From a virus (lineage: Duplodnaviria; Caudoviricetes): a DNA stretch of 57,806 nucleotides. Shown in pieces: positions 9,343 to 18,423 of the stretch (its first letter is position 1; each line of letters opens with the position of its first letter). The notes beneath the pieces are model-generated. The model saw only the letters and a program-made list of their open reading frames with translations. It made no database searches and was not told the origin of the DNA. Position numbers and translations under genes: made by a program. The DNA is taken from the IMG/VR virus record IMGVR_UViG_3300029826_000002, positions 1 to 57,806 of that record; one strand, written 5' to 3'.

Positions 9343-9607
9343 GTGGTCGGTCACTAAAAATGAGCAGACAGGCAACACGCTAAATACGGTGTACTTGCCA
9401 GACGGTGCGAGAATAACTGTATTGGATAGAGAAACAGGATGGGGTGGAGGGATAAGAGACACAGAGACAGGGTTGCTCGAAAAAAATGGACGGTGGTGGT
9501 TAGCAAGTGGGATGTTCGATATAAGGGACTATCCAGACCATACGATTGAAGAAGCTGTTGGTATGATAAAAAAAATGTCCAACACGTGCAGGGGCAATAA
9601 ACCATGA
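9317..9607 (+). CDS. Hypothetical protein
   Basis: RBS GGAGGG, start MMKTVK. Confidence 0.55.
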   Translation: MMKTVKNLEWSVTKNEQTGNTLNTVYLPDGARITVLDRETGWGGGIRDTETGLLEKNGRWWLASGMFDIRDYPDHTIEEAVGMIKKMSNTCRGNKP

Positions 9608-9942
9608 ACCACATGCCTAAAGCTAAACCATACAGAGACAAGGACTACCGGGAGTGGGTAGCCACGAAGCCATGCGCTGCCTGTGGTCGAATCCCCACGA
9701 AAGACCGCCCCAACGTACCAGCGCATCAGAGCGATTTGGCAGTAAAGTATTATGCTCTAAACAAGTACATGGGCGGCAAGGCTATGAAGGCTGGGGATAA
9801 CCTGATAATTCCTCTGTGTAACGATTGCCATGCTGGAGAGCATCAATCGGGCCGTGGTGGGCTGTACGGGGATAATCCTGATGCGTACAGGATGGCTGTG
9901 GTGATCAATTTGGTGACGGAATATTATTTAGAGGATGGTTAA
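9604..9942 (+). CDS. DUF968/HNH-like zinc-binding nuclease
   Basis: YREWVATKPCAACG..AH..IPLCNDCH..EH. Confidence 0.7.
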   Translation: MNHMPKAKPYRDKDYREWVATKPCAACGRIPTKDRPNVPAHQSDLAVKYYALNKYMGGKAMKAGDNLIIPLCNDCHAGEHQSGRGGLYGDNPDAYRMAVVINLVTEYYLEDG

Positions 9943-10096
9943 ATGAAAACAGACTGCATCCACTACAACGATTGCCGCTTGCCGGTCGAGCTATGCAGAG
10001 ATGACTGCGGGCGATACCAGAAAAACAAGGCTTGGCAGGAACAGCTTTTGGATATCGCAAACCGGGAATACTACGAGCAAAACAAGGAGGCCGACA

Positions 10097-10303
10097 ATGC
10101 CTAAATGTGTGCAATGCGGAAACGACAAAAGCCTAAAACGGGGTTGGACAAATTGCTGGTATTGTTCTGAGACATGCGAGAGAATCCATGTGAGCGCCGT
10201 GCATGGTAGCATGCCTGGTGCATGGCCGGTTCCTCGACAAAACTGGGTTCCATACAATATATCAGTTGAGATGTCCAGGCGATGGGAGGCCGATAATGAA
10301 TAG
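10097..10303 (+). CDS. Small zinc-finger protein
   Basis: CVQC..YCSETC; RBS GGAGG. Confidence 0.55.
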   Translation: MPKCVQCGNDKSLKRGWTNCWYCSETCERIHVSAVHGSMPGAWPVPRQNWVPYNISVEMSRRWEADNE

Positions 10304-10532
10304 CAACTGGAAAACGCCGACATCGGCAAGAAGGCTTTTCTGCCACATGAACGACGGGCCGTGCATATCTGATGCCTGCGCCTACTGGCTTTGGAGGCCG
10401 TGCGATGCCTGTGACACGGGAACAGTTATTAACAGAGATAGCAACAATTTAGTCCACACTAAATGCCAAGTCTGCAACGGCACCGGCACTGATGGCTCGG
10501 GTTTGGGGCGGTGCGGATTGGTAAGGGGGTAA
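10296..10532 (+). CDS. Small Cys-rich protein with a DnaJ-like CxxCxGxG
   Basis: CDACDTG..CQVCNGTG. Confidence 0.55.
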   Translation: MNSNWKTPTSARRLFCHMNDGPCISDACAYWLWRPCDACDTGTVINRDSNNLVHTKCQVCNGTGTDGSGLGRCGLVRG

Positions 10533-10535
10533 AAA

Positions 10536-11144
10536 ATGAAACTTTACTGCGATTTATGTGGAAAAGAGTTTGAAGTTGATTGCGATCAGGAAGATTTAAA
10601 AGATGGATATTTTTGCATATGCGACAGATGTGATAATGATCGGGAGGACAAAATGACTAACTGCAAACACGGAAACGGCCCGGACTGCCAGTATGAGCGG
10701 GATGCAGGGCGGGTTAAGGGTACGGGGCATGACAGGAAAGTTGAAACAACCGAAAGCGTTTTATTGAATCTGGTGAATGCTCATATCTTTAGGGTTAATC
10801 AACTTGCTGAACAGGCTGATGATGTGGCCTCATGTATCCCCGACTGGATTGATAAGCTCACAAAATCTTTAAGGAGCGAATTCGTAAACAAGGGTGCAAA
10901 CTCATGTAGGCTATGCGTTAAATACCGCCCGGCAAAATGTGTCGGATGCCCCATATTTGAAGACATTGAAAACCCAACATGCATAGATGCGCCGGAAGAA
11001 AAGAAGGGTTTGATAAGCGCATATTCAGCAATCGAAATGATAGAATATTTGATACGGCTCGAAAGAAAACTGCGGACACACCCATTACTAAAACCCGACA
11101 AGTGCGCCACCTGCCGACACAGCTACGAGAAAAAGGAGGGATGA
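10536..11144 (+). CDS. Mosaic Cys-rich hypothetical protein
   Basis: Several CxxC pairs; internal RBS and ATG at 10653; shares blocks with 5160-5885 and 13026-13613. Confidence 0.6.
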   Translation: MKLYCDLCGKEFEVDCDQEDLKDGYFCICDRCDNDREDKMTNCKHGNGPDCQYERDAGRVKGTGHDRKVETTESVLLNLVNAHIFRVNQLAEQADDVASCIPDWIDKLTKSLRSEFVNKGANSCRLCVKYRPAKCVGCPIFEDIENPTCIDAPEEKKGLISAYSAIEMIEYLIRLERKLRTHPLLKPDKCATCRHSYEKKEG

Positions 11145-11680
11145 TGAAACCGTGTCCGTGCGGTGAAACGCCTAAAAAAATAGTGATAGAGGGCGACGAC
11201 AGGGCGAAATGGGCGAGGTGCTATGGGGATTGCTGCGGTGAATGGATAGTTGAATACCGCAACAACTATAACCGCATACCGTCAGACGAAGCGCAGACGC
11301 TTGCCGAACAAGCCTGGAACGATGCGCCGAGACCAGCCATGCAGGAGACTAAACACAACAAGTTTGCCATTGCCGCTACAATAGACATGATAGAAAAAGC
11401 GGACAAATTCGAGCTTGCCAAGTTGATACTGGATTTACAGGCAAAGCAACCACCCGCCCTGCCTGAGCCGATGCGGGATGAACAACCCAAAATCGAAGCA
11501 CGGTTGACTCTTACCGGGACTGAAATATCTGACCTTGTCATGATGCTTGGGTTTTCTCCGTTGGTGTTCGATGAAGAAAACGATCAGCACGAACAGGAAC
11601 TCACAATATTGAAATACGACGGGGAACATATTGCATATTTTACAGAATACCCTGAAGAAGGCCAAATTACGCTAGGCTAA
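11141..11680 (+). CDS. Protein with a Lar (restriction alleviation)-like zinc-finger N-terminus
   Basis: MKPCPCGE..C..C..AEQAWN. Confidence 0.5.
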   Translation: MMKPCPCGETPKKIVIEGDDRAKWARCYGDCCGEWIVEYRNNYNRIPSDEAQTLAEQAWNDAPRPAMQETKHNKFAIAATIDMIEKADKFELAKLILDLQAKQPPALPEPMRDEQPKIEARLTLTGTEISDLVMMLGFSPLVFDEENDQHEQELTILKYDGEHIAYFTEYPEEGQITLG

Positions 11681-11798
11681 ATTGTTTGGTGGAATCAGGC
11701 GGTGGGGAGGAAAGCATGAAAATTAAAATGGTCAAAACTCTCGCCAGGGATGAGATCGAGGTGGTTGAAGATTGACAATGACAAGGAACTGAGAACAC

Positions 11799-12515
11799 AT
11801 GAGAAACTATCTATCATTCGGCGGCGGAGTTAACAGCGTTGCGCTCCATCTGCTCATGCTTGACCAGGGCGTTGAGTTTGAGTCTGTTTTTGTGCATCAC
11901 GGCACCGACTGGCCGGAAACTTATCATTATGTTGCCATGTTCCAATGGTGGCTAAAGTCACAGGGGCATAAGCCGATAACTGTGCTGAGACCTAAAAAGT
12001 TCCACTCCCTGATTGATGAATGCGAAAAATATAGCATAGTACCAGCGCAATACCCACGGTGGTGTACTGCTAAATATAAGGTTGAGATACTGTATAGGTA
12101 TTTCAAAACGCCGTGCTTTGTTAACTTGGGGATAGATTATGGCGAATCTAAGCGGGCAAAGATATCAACAGAAAGCGGAATAGAAAACAGATGGCCGCTT
12201 ATCGAACACGAAATAGATAGGGACGGATGTAAGAAGATTATCGAGTCCCACGGGCTACCGATACCGATGAAGTCAGGTTGTTATATCTGCCCGTTCCAAA
12301 AGAAAGAGCAGTGGGTTGAGTTACGCCGAAAGCATCCATGCCTTTTCCGGAGGGCTGTTGATCTTGAAAAAGCGAACATGGAATATCGCGCATCAAAGGG
12401 GAAAAAGCCTATGTTTTTAAGCCCGTCTAAAAAGAGTCTGGAAACGATCGTTGATGAAAACCAGACATCAATGCTTGAAGAAGATCAATACCCGCCGTGC
12501 CAGTGCGGGCTGTAA
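11799..12515 (+). CDS. PAPS-reductase-family (adenine nucleotide alpha-hydrolase) protein
   Basis: PP-loop SFGGGVNS, TDWPETY, WCTAKYK, WPL, KSGCYICP. Confidence 0.85.
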   Translation: MRNYLSFGGGVNSVALHLLMLDQGVEFESVFVHHGTDWPETYHYVAMFQWWLKSQGHKPITVLRPKKFHSLIDECEKYSIVPAQYPRWCTAKYKVEILYRYFKTPCFVNLGIDYGESKRAKISTESGIENRWPLIEHEIDRDGCKKIIESHGLPIPMKSGCYICPFQKKEQWVELRRKHPCLFRRAVDLEKANMEYRASKGKKPMFLSPSKKSLETIVDENQTSMLEEDQYPPCQCGL

Positions 12516-12533
12516 AAGATTTGTTGAGGGGGC

Positions 12534-12836
12534 ATGAAATTATTATTACTGCCTATAATATTATCAATGCTGGTGTCAATGAGCTTTGTATATACTGGTT
12601 TTATTTCCGGGAAGATCTACCAAAGCAGACTTGATATCAACACCGACCAAATCCGCCTATGCGTCTGGTACTACGACATTTGCCACGACAGCGCAAAAAA
12701 CCCGAAGCACGAAGCATGGACAGATCATGGCAAGGCGCAGTTGACCGAGTGGGTGCGGGTAAAGTTCCCGGCTGGGTTGATTGATGACCTGCCGGGGGAG
12801 AAAATTAAGGAATGGGTAAGGAGAGTGAAGGGATGA
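12534..12836 (+). CDS. Hypothetical protein with an N-terminal signal/TM segment
   Basis: Hydrophobic N-terminus; RBS GAGGGG. Confidence 0.6.
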   Translation: MKLLLLPIILSMLVSMSFVYTGFISGKIYQSRLDINTDQIRLCVWYYDICHDSAKNPKHEAWTDHGKAQLTEWVRVKFPAGLIDDLPGEKIKEWVRRVKG

Positions 12837-13033
12837 ATGTGTACCAAATTATTTATGACAGAGACACGGAAGATGGGCACATCGTTGAAGATGTTGAATA
12901 TGTTGAAGCACGAACTTTCATGGATGCCGCAAAATACGCTTATAAATGGGCAGAAATGTATGAGCTGACATTAAAGTCAGTCAGGTATGCCTTAACGGTA
13001 GTTAAAACATTGCAGGAGGCCGACAATGGATAA
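12833..13033 (+). CDS. Hypothetical protein
   Basis: ATGA overlap. Confidence 0.55.
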   Translation: MNVYQIIYDRDTEDGHIVEDVEYVEARTFMDAAKYAYKWAEMYELTLKSVRYALTVVKTLQEADNG

Positions 13034-13613
13034 CTGCAAACACGGTAACGGCCAGGACTGCCAGCAATGCCAGTATGAGCGGGATGTGGCAAGCGGGTAT
13101 CCAGAGCCGTGGAAGTTGTGGGTAAAATTATCGCGGCATCCTTTTGGATGCGCTGAATCAAAATGTATTGAAAAGCCATGGTTTGAATATAAGTCAAACG
13201 AATATCGCCGCCGCCATGACGCTGACGAGATTATCAAGGAGTGGGAACGGGGGCAGAGGAAAAACACATTTTGCCCTGAATGCGGATTCGGGGTTGCCGT
13301 TGACGAGGATGGTTGCTGCGTATCCTGCGGGGCAACGGCTGTTGGTAGCGCTGTTGATGGTTTTCTTGACATGATACAGCCAGACAAGTGCGCCACCTGC
13401 CGCCCCGCCCCGCCGAAGCCGATGCGGGAAGAGCCGGAACCGGGAACAGAATATTTTTGGTTTAATATATATAAAAAACGCGTTAACAAGGCAACATGGA
13501 ATGAATGGATTCAGCATAGAGAAAGGCTTAACGCCTGTCTATGCCACACCACCAGAGAATCGGCCCAGGAATGGCTTGATTGGTGGAATGAGGCCGTGGG
13601 GAGGAAAGCATGA
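13026..13613 (+). CDS. Mosaic Cys-rich hypothetical protein
   Basis: CPECG..CVSCG; DNA blocks shared with 10658-11720. Confidence 0.65.
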   Translation: MDNCKHGNGQDCQQCQYERDVASGYPEPWKLWVKLSRHPFGCAESKCIEKPWFEYKSNEYRRRHDADEIIKEWERGQRKNTFCPECGFGVAVDEDGCCVSCGATAVGSAVDGFLDMIQPDKCATCRPAPPKPMREEPEPGTEYFWFNIYKKRVNKATWNEWIQHRERLNACLCHTTRESAQEWLDWWNEAVGRKA

Positions 13614-14074
13614 ACTTAGCAGAAGATATTACGATAAAAGAGATGATTAAAGGAGACAACATAATCCAGGCATGTTGCGTATGCAACGACATAACAAGCA
13701 GGGGGCCTGAAGATTCTTTATATGCCTTTGCTGCTATTGGGTTCCCGTATCTTTTTAGCTATAGAACCGGCGATACAATAGGCCCTCTTTGTACCCACTG
13801 CTATGATTGTTTGAAGATAATCGGGGCTATAACAGACAATTACGAAGAGGTTAGCCGTGGTCCGAAATTCAAGAAAATACCCCATGAGTTTAGAAAATCA
13901 GGAAACACCCCACCTGTCGTGCATAGTGTAGGAGAACTGGTTAATGTTTTAAAAAGACTCCCGGACGATTTGATAATAGACCAAGACTACGACTCTGGTG
14001 GCGCCCAGTGCGTTGTTTATAATTATGGAGAGGACGATTGCCACCTGTGCTTTGAACCCCCGCCATTGCCGTAA
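13610..14074 (+). CDS. Hypothetical zinc-binding protein
   Basis: CCVC..CTHC. Confidence 0.6.
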   Translation: MNLAEDITIKEMIKGDNIIQACCVCNDITSRGPEDSLYAFAAIGFPYLFSYRTGDTIGPLCTHCYDCLKIIGAITDNYEEVSRGPKFKKIPHEFRKSGNTPPVVHSVGELVNVLKRLPDDLIIDQDYDSGGAQCVVYNYGEDDCHLCFEPPPLP

Positions 14075-14120
14075 AGGAAAAGCGGGTAAAGACCAACAAC
14101 AGGAATAAGGGAGAATAACC

Positions 14121-14435
14121 ATGTTAGTAAAAATTATGTTTTGTAATCATGACGAGAAAAGGTACGACCGATTTGTGGAATGCGATACCTTGCACAGCTT
14201 CAGGGGTGCGAACTCTTTTGAACTCGTGATGTACAAGAATGGGAAAAAGATCGAAAACCCTGATTTTCACTCACCTGTTCGGGCGCTGCTGATAGAGCAG
14301 GGCAACGAGATCGAAAGGTTTGAATTTATGGTCAACGCTGATTCGGAGCCGAAAAACCGGGAAGGCGCAATGCCACCCGAAAGCACGACCGAGGAACGAA
14401 AATCTGATGATAACAGCCTGCAATTATATGGGTAA
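14121..14435 (+). CDS. Hypothetical protein
   Basis: RBS AAGGGAG. Confidence 0.6.
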   Translation: MLVKIMFCNHDEKRYDRFVECDTLHSFRGANSFELVMYKNGKKIENPDFHSPVRALLIEQGNEIERFEFMVNADSEPKNREGAMPPESTTEERKSDDNSLQLYG

Positions 14436-14436
14436 C

Positions 14437-14466
14437 TGGTGGAGGCGGCGGGAGTTGAACCCGCGT
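14437..14466 (-). other. tmRNA (ssrA)-like 3'-end fragment; attP-core candidate
   Basis: ACGCGGGTTCAACTCCCGCCGCCTCCACCA = T-arm + acceptor 3' strand with U70 + A73 + CCA; no matching 5' half nearby. Confidence 0.7.
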
Positions 14467-14591
14467 ACATTGTTTTACAACTGCCCGTTATCATTATATA
14501 TATTTCCAGAAAAAAATCGTGCAAGCACAAGGTAAACTGTAAGCATCTGTAATAACTCGTTACCAACTCGTACATTGAAAGGAGAATTATT

Positions 14592-14912
14592 ATGAAAATC
14601 ACAACCATTGGCACAACAGCTTATAAACCAAAAATGCTTGAGCATAAAATACAAATGGAGAAACAGGGGCATGAGGTTAAAATTCCGGCATTTGATGATA
14701 TAGCCGGGGATGAAATAGTCGTATGTAACTATAACCTTGCGGCAATAAAGTGGGCAGACGAAATACATATTTTTTGGGATCAGCGTTCCGTGGGAACGAT
14801 TTTTGATTTCGGGATGTGTTATGCCTTAGGCAAAAAAGTAAAAATCATATATCTGCAAACAAAAACATTTGCTGGGTTGATGGCAAAATATGAAAATATC
14901 ATTATTAACTGA
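14592..14912 (+). CDS. Nucleoside 2-deoxyribosyltransferase-like protein
   Basis: AIKWADEIHIFWD..SVGTIFDFGMCYALGKKV. Confidence 0.6.
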   Translation: MKITTIGTTAYKPKMLEHKIQMEKQGHEVKIPAFDDIAGDEIVVCNYNLAAIKWADEIHIFWDQRSVGTIFDFGMCYALGKKVKIIYLQTKTFAGLMAKYENIIIN

Positions 14913-15723
14913 CGCACCAAAACACAATCTTGCTCTGATGAAAATATCGGCATGGCATAAACAGCAGGGTGATATCGTTTTGTTAAATATGCCGATCGCA
15001 CCGGTAGACTACACCTATGCTTCAACCCTGTTTGAAAAAACACGGTTTATCGCAAATGAGCATGGTGGCCCCGCTTTTGACGGTTCTCAATTACCGGCAG
15101 AAATCGAAAGCATGAAACCGGACTATAATTTATACGGACTTGATTACGCTTTGGGGTACACATTCCGACCCTGTTTTAATTCATGTGGATTTTGCAAGGT
15201 TCCGGCGATGAATCAGCCTGACATCAAACACCATTCTATTTATGAATTTTGGGATTCCAGATTTTCAAAAATCTGCCTTTTAAATAACAACACATTCCAA
15301 GACCCGCAATGGAAAGACACGTTTGAAGAGATTTGGGATGCTGGGTTATTCGTTATTGATGAGAACGGATACGACCTGCGATTATTGGATGATGAAAAAG
15401 CGGATGCCCTGAAACGGACAAAATGGGAAACCAAACTGCATTTTGCATGGGATCGGATGCAGGACGAACCGCTGATAATAGAAGGACTTAAAACCCTCAG
15501 AAATCACAAAATATCAGGATGCCGGATATATGTACTTGTCGGGTATGACACCACGGAAGAGCATGACATTTACAGATGCCAGAAGATAATCGAATACAAA
15601 CAAGACCCGTACATAATGCCGTATAAGCGCAACAAATACACCAAGTCGTTTAAGCGGTTTATTGATACGTTCATGTGGAGAAAATACAGCACAATCAAAC
15701 AAGCATGGGCTGAATACGCTTAA
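14890..15723 (+). CDS. Radical-SAM-like Fe-S protein
   Basis: NLALMKISAWHKQQGD N-terminus; CxxxCxxC as CFNSCGFC; HFAWD; YVLVGY. Confidence 0.8.
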   Translation: MKISLLTDAPKHNLALMKISAWHKQQGDIVLLNMPIAPVDYTYASTLFEKTRFIANEHGGPAFDGSQLPAEIESMKPDYNLYGLDYALGYTFRPCFNSCGFCKVPAMNQPDIKHHSIYEFWDSRFSKICLLNNNTFQDPQWKDTFEEIWDAGLFVIDENGYDLRLLDDEKADALKRTKWETKLHFAWDRMQDEPLIIEGLKTLRNHKISGCRIYVLVGYDTTEEHDIYRCQKIIEYKQDPYIMPYKRNKYTKSFKRFIDTFMWRKYSTIKQAWAEYA

Positions 15724-15756
15724 CCCCAACCCGTAACCGTAACCGGAGGAAAGAGG

Positions 15757-15978
15757 ATGGAAAACGATATTCAGTGTTCATTTTGTGGAAAAACTCTAGC
15801 AGAAGCGGCGATTCTTCTTGCAGGCCAAGCGGCTTATATCTGCAATGAGTGTGTTATAGTAGGCATAAATATTATTGGTGAGCAGTTTGACGAGAAGGTC
15901 AACGAGGTCGAAAGACTCAAAAAAACTCAAAGCGGAAATATCCGGGAGATATTTAAACAATATTGGGCTGGTGCTTAA
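15757..15978 (+). CDS. ClpX C4-type zinc-finger protein
   Basis: CSFCGK..LLAG..AYICNECV. Confidence 0.8.
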   Translation: MENDIQCSFCGKTLAEAAILLAGQAAYICNECVIVGINIIGEQFDEKVNEVERLKKTQSGNIREIFKQYWAGA

Positions 15979-16007
15979 CCCCCGGCCCAGCGCCGGAAGG
16001 AGAAATT

Positions 16008-16247
16008 ATGGAATGGATCAGCGTTGAAGAGCGGTTGCCGGAAAAATCAGGGCAGTACTGGTGTTATGACATGAACGAGGCCGAAATATCCGGCAGTTGC
16101 GCCCCGTGGGTTGACCTGTTTTCTGAGTCGGCAGAATCGTTTATCGGGATATATACTAATTTATATGGCGAATACGTTGTCAGGGCAAGCATATCAGTGA
16201 CCCATTGGGCTGAAATGACCATGCCCGACCCACCGGAAGGAGAGTGA
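16008..16247 (+). CDS. DUF551-like protein
   Basis: MEWISVEERLPE..VTHWAEM..P.PP. Confidence 0.8.
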   Translation: MEWISVEERLPEKSGQYWCYDMNEAEISGSCAPWVDLFSESAESFIGIYTNLYGEYVVRASISVTHWAEMTMPDPPEGE

Positions 16248-16464
16248 AATGGCAGATTACAGAGTTGAACCATATATGGATGACCAATACCAAGTATTAG
16301 AAAAAGAAGCAGGACATGACGAAGGATGTGGTTGCCCCGATGAGGTGGTATTCAAGGGAAGCATAACGGAATGTGAGGCGTTTATTCGTCTTAAAGAAAA
16401 TGGGTATATGTAATTTAAAGCCTCGCCCCCTGCGGCAACAGGGCGAAAGGAGGACAAGCTCTAT

Positions 16465-16857
16465 ATGAAACCAGTAATGCAACAAGTATTAAGTTCAACT
16501 CACGGTGATTGTTTTAGGGCGTGTATGGCTTCTATTTTTGAATGCGATCTCAAAGACATCCCTGATTTCATGGGTGATGGAGAGAAGCATTTTAATGAGC
16601 GCATTTCAAAGTGGGGAAAAGATAACGGTGTGTTAATTCTTGATGCAACAATAGAAGATCCTAATAGCGATGAATACGAAGACCTATATTTAATCGCTAT
16701 GGGTAAAAGCCCAAGAGGTCATTGCAACCATGCTGTTATTTATAAAAATGGGAAAATGGTTCATGATCCGCACCCCGAACGGTTGGGGTTAAAAGGCAAG
16801 CCAGAAAAATTCACGCTTATAGCATTGCGTGATTATTCTTTGTTGAAAATTCGTTAA
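16465..16857 (+). CDS. Hypothetical protein with a papain-like Cys/His/Asp pattern
   Basis: GDCFRAC..HAVI..VHDP. Confidence 0.55.
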   Translation: MKPVMQQVLSSTHGDCFRACMASIFECDLKDIPDFMGDGEKHFNERISKWGKDNGVLILDATIEDPNSDEYEDLYLIAMGKSPRGHCNHAVIYKNGKMVHDPHPERLGLKGKPEKFTLIALRDYSLLKIR

Positions 16858-16948
16858 CCATGTTGCTGGCGTTAGCAAAATGGTCGCCACAAAAAAACGC
16901 ACTTAAAGCCCCGGCCAGTGCGGAAACAGGGCGAAAGGAGAGTGAAGG

Positions 16949-17404
16949 ATGAAGGTGTATCTTTTTATAGCGTTTTGTTTTGTATTTTTCTCTGCCGCCA
17001 TTTTGGCTGTTGAGACATGGCAACATAAAATAAGAATAAAGGAAATCCGCAATAGCGGTAAAAAAACGGAAGCCGTGTTTACAAGAATAAACGAAAGGCT
17101 TAATAGAATAATGAAAGGACAAATTATGGAATGGCATGAAGGATACGGAACCGGACAGGTTGACGAAGTGGACAAACTAAAAACAAATTTGTTTAAGGAG
17201 TTTATCGACTCTCTCGACGGTAAGAACACCGGCCTTTATTCGCCGCAAATTGCGTTTATGGCCGGTTTTAACGCTGGGAGGAGGCTCGGTAATCTTGAGG
17301 TTCTCGACAGCACATTCAACATTAAAGATGCTGTTGCGGTCCCACAGGGGTTTTGGGAAGACATTGAACGGCTGGTTGGTGGTGTTAATAAAAAACCACA
17401 ATGA
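16949..17404 (+). CDS. Hypothetical protein with an N-terminal TM segment
   Basis: Hydrophobic N-terminus; RBS. Confidence 0.55.
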   Translation: MKVYLFIAFCFVFFSAAILAVETWQHKIRIKEIRNSGKKTEAVFTRINERLNRIMKGQIMEWHEGYGTGQVDEVDKLKTNLFKEFIDSLDGKNTGLYSPQIAFMAGFNAGRRLGNLEVLDSTFNIKDAVAVPQGFWEDIERLVGGVNKKPQ

Positions 17405-17741
17405 GGAGGTGCGGCATGTTTTGGTACTGGATAATGTGGAATTGCTCTGAAAAAAATGGGGCTGTTGTTATCCAAGAAGAAGGACTTAACTGGATCACAA
17501 CCACCCTATACATACATGCTGCTTTTGCAATAGAAAAATATATTGAATAGGCGGTTATTGTGTAATGGCGAAAGGAGGTGATGCCACGTGAAACGAGCCT
17601 ATGCGCCCGACCAACCACCACCAACACCATATGGGAGATAACCGGGGGTCGCATCCGGCAAAACACGCATTGAATTAAAGCCCCGGCCAGTGCGGACACA
17701 CCAGCCGAGGCAGATCATAACACCAAAAACGGGAGGGTATC

Positions 17742-18197
17742 ATGATCAAATACATTATAATATTAATCGCTTGCTTGGTCAATGCTGGCTGCATCCTAAC
17801 CACTAAGGTCTACATTCCCGAACCTGTCCACGTTGAGCAAATCCAATGGGTAACGAAAGGCGATTGCGTAACCAAGGCCAGAAAAGGCCAAATCCTGTAC
17901 AACCGCAGCGGAATCATTTCCCGGCTCTGCTGTGGCTATGTGGGTGTGACCGGGAACCACTGCGCACATTGCTGGAACGAAGTTTACTGCCCCGATGATG
18001 GCTTGTGGCACCTGATTGACCTGCATGATAAGATGGGCTATGATGGATGGCCGAGGGATCAGTATTGTGAGTACGTTACAAGTGTGTACTGGTACGGGGT
18101 GCCGAGCATTTTTGAAATCCAGTTCGAGCAAAATGCGGATTGGTACGCACCGGAATCAGACATGGAGTTAATCAGCAAATTGCCGATGGGGAAGTGA
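17742..18197 (+). CDS. Putative lipoprotein with a transglutaminase-like Cys-His-Asp triad
   Basis: Lipobox-like VNAG-C; GDCVTKA, HCWNEV, WHLID. Confidence 0.6.
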   Translation: MIKYIIILIACLVNAGCILTTKVYIPEPVHVEQIQWVTKGDCVTKARKGQILYNRSGIISRLCCGYVGVTGNHCAHCWNEVYCPDDGLWHLIDLHDKMGYDGWPRDQYCEYVTSVYWYGVPSIFEIQFEQNADWYAPESDMELISKLPMGK

Positions 18198-18198
18198 T

Positions 18199-18423
18199 AT
18201 GAAAGACATGGATTTGACATTAGATAACGATGAGTCTTTAAAAGTTGGCGCTTATTTAGGCGAAATACCGAGTTCATTCGTGCGTATTTTAGTTTGTAAA
18301 GAGAGCGCAGATGAACTTTCTGTTTCAGTAGAGGTTGGCGAAACCGAATCGTTTTCATTTACCGTATCTGATAGGGGAAAACGATTAACCGTCGATAAAG
18401 ACACTTATGTAAATGGAGGATAA
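18199..18423 (+). CDS. Hypothetical protein
   Basis: ORF within the operon. Confidence 0.55.
   Translation: MKDMDLTLDNDESLKVGAYLGEIPSSFVRILVCKESADELSVSVEVGETESFSFTVSDRGKRLTVDKDTYVNGG

Noticed and set aside
11799-12515. Auxiliary sulfate-assimilation gene cysH
   Set aside because: It lacks the C-terminal ECGLH motif and there are no other cys genes; only a family-level call is supported.
10658-13614. Diversity-generating retroelement (TR/VR pair)
   Set aside because: The repeats are short, differences are not confined to adenines, and no reverse transcriptase is recognisable in the genome.
14380-14560. Complete tRNA or intact/permuted tmRNA gene
   Set aside because: I found no 5' acceptor strand (GGGGGCG/GGAGGCG), D-arm or tag frame on the same strand nearby.
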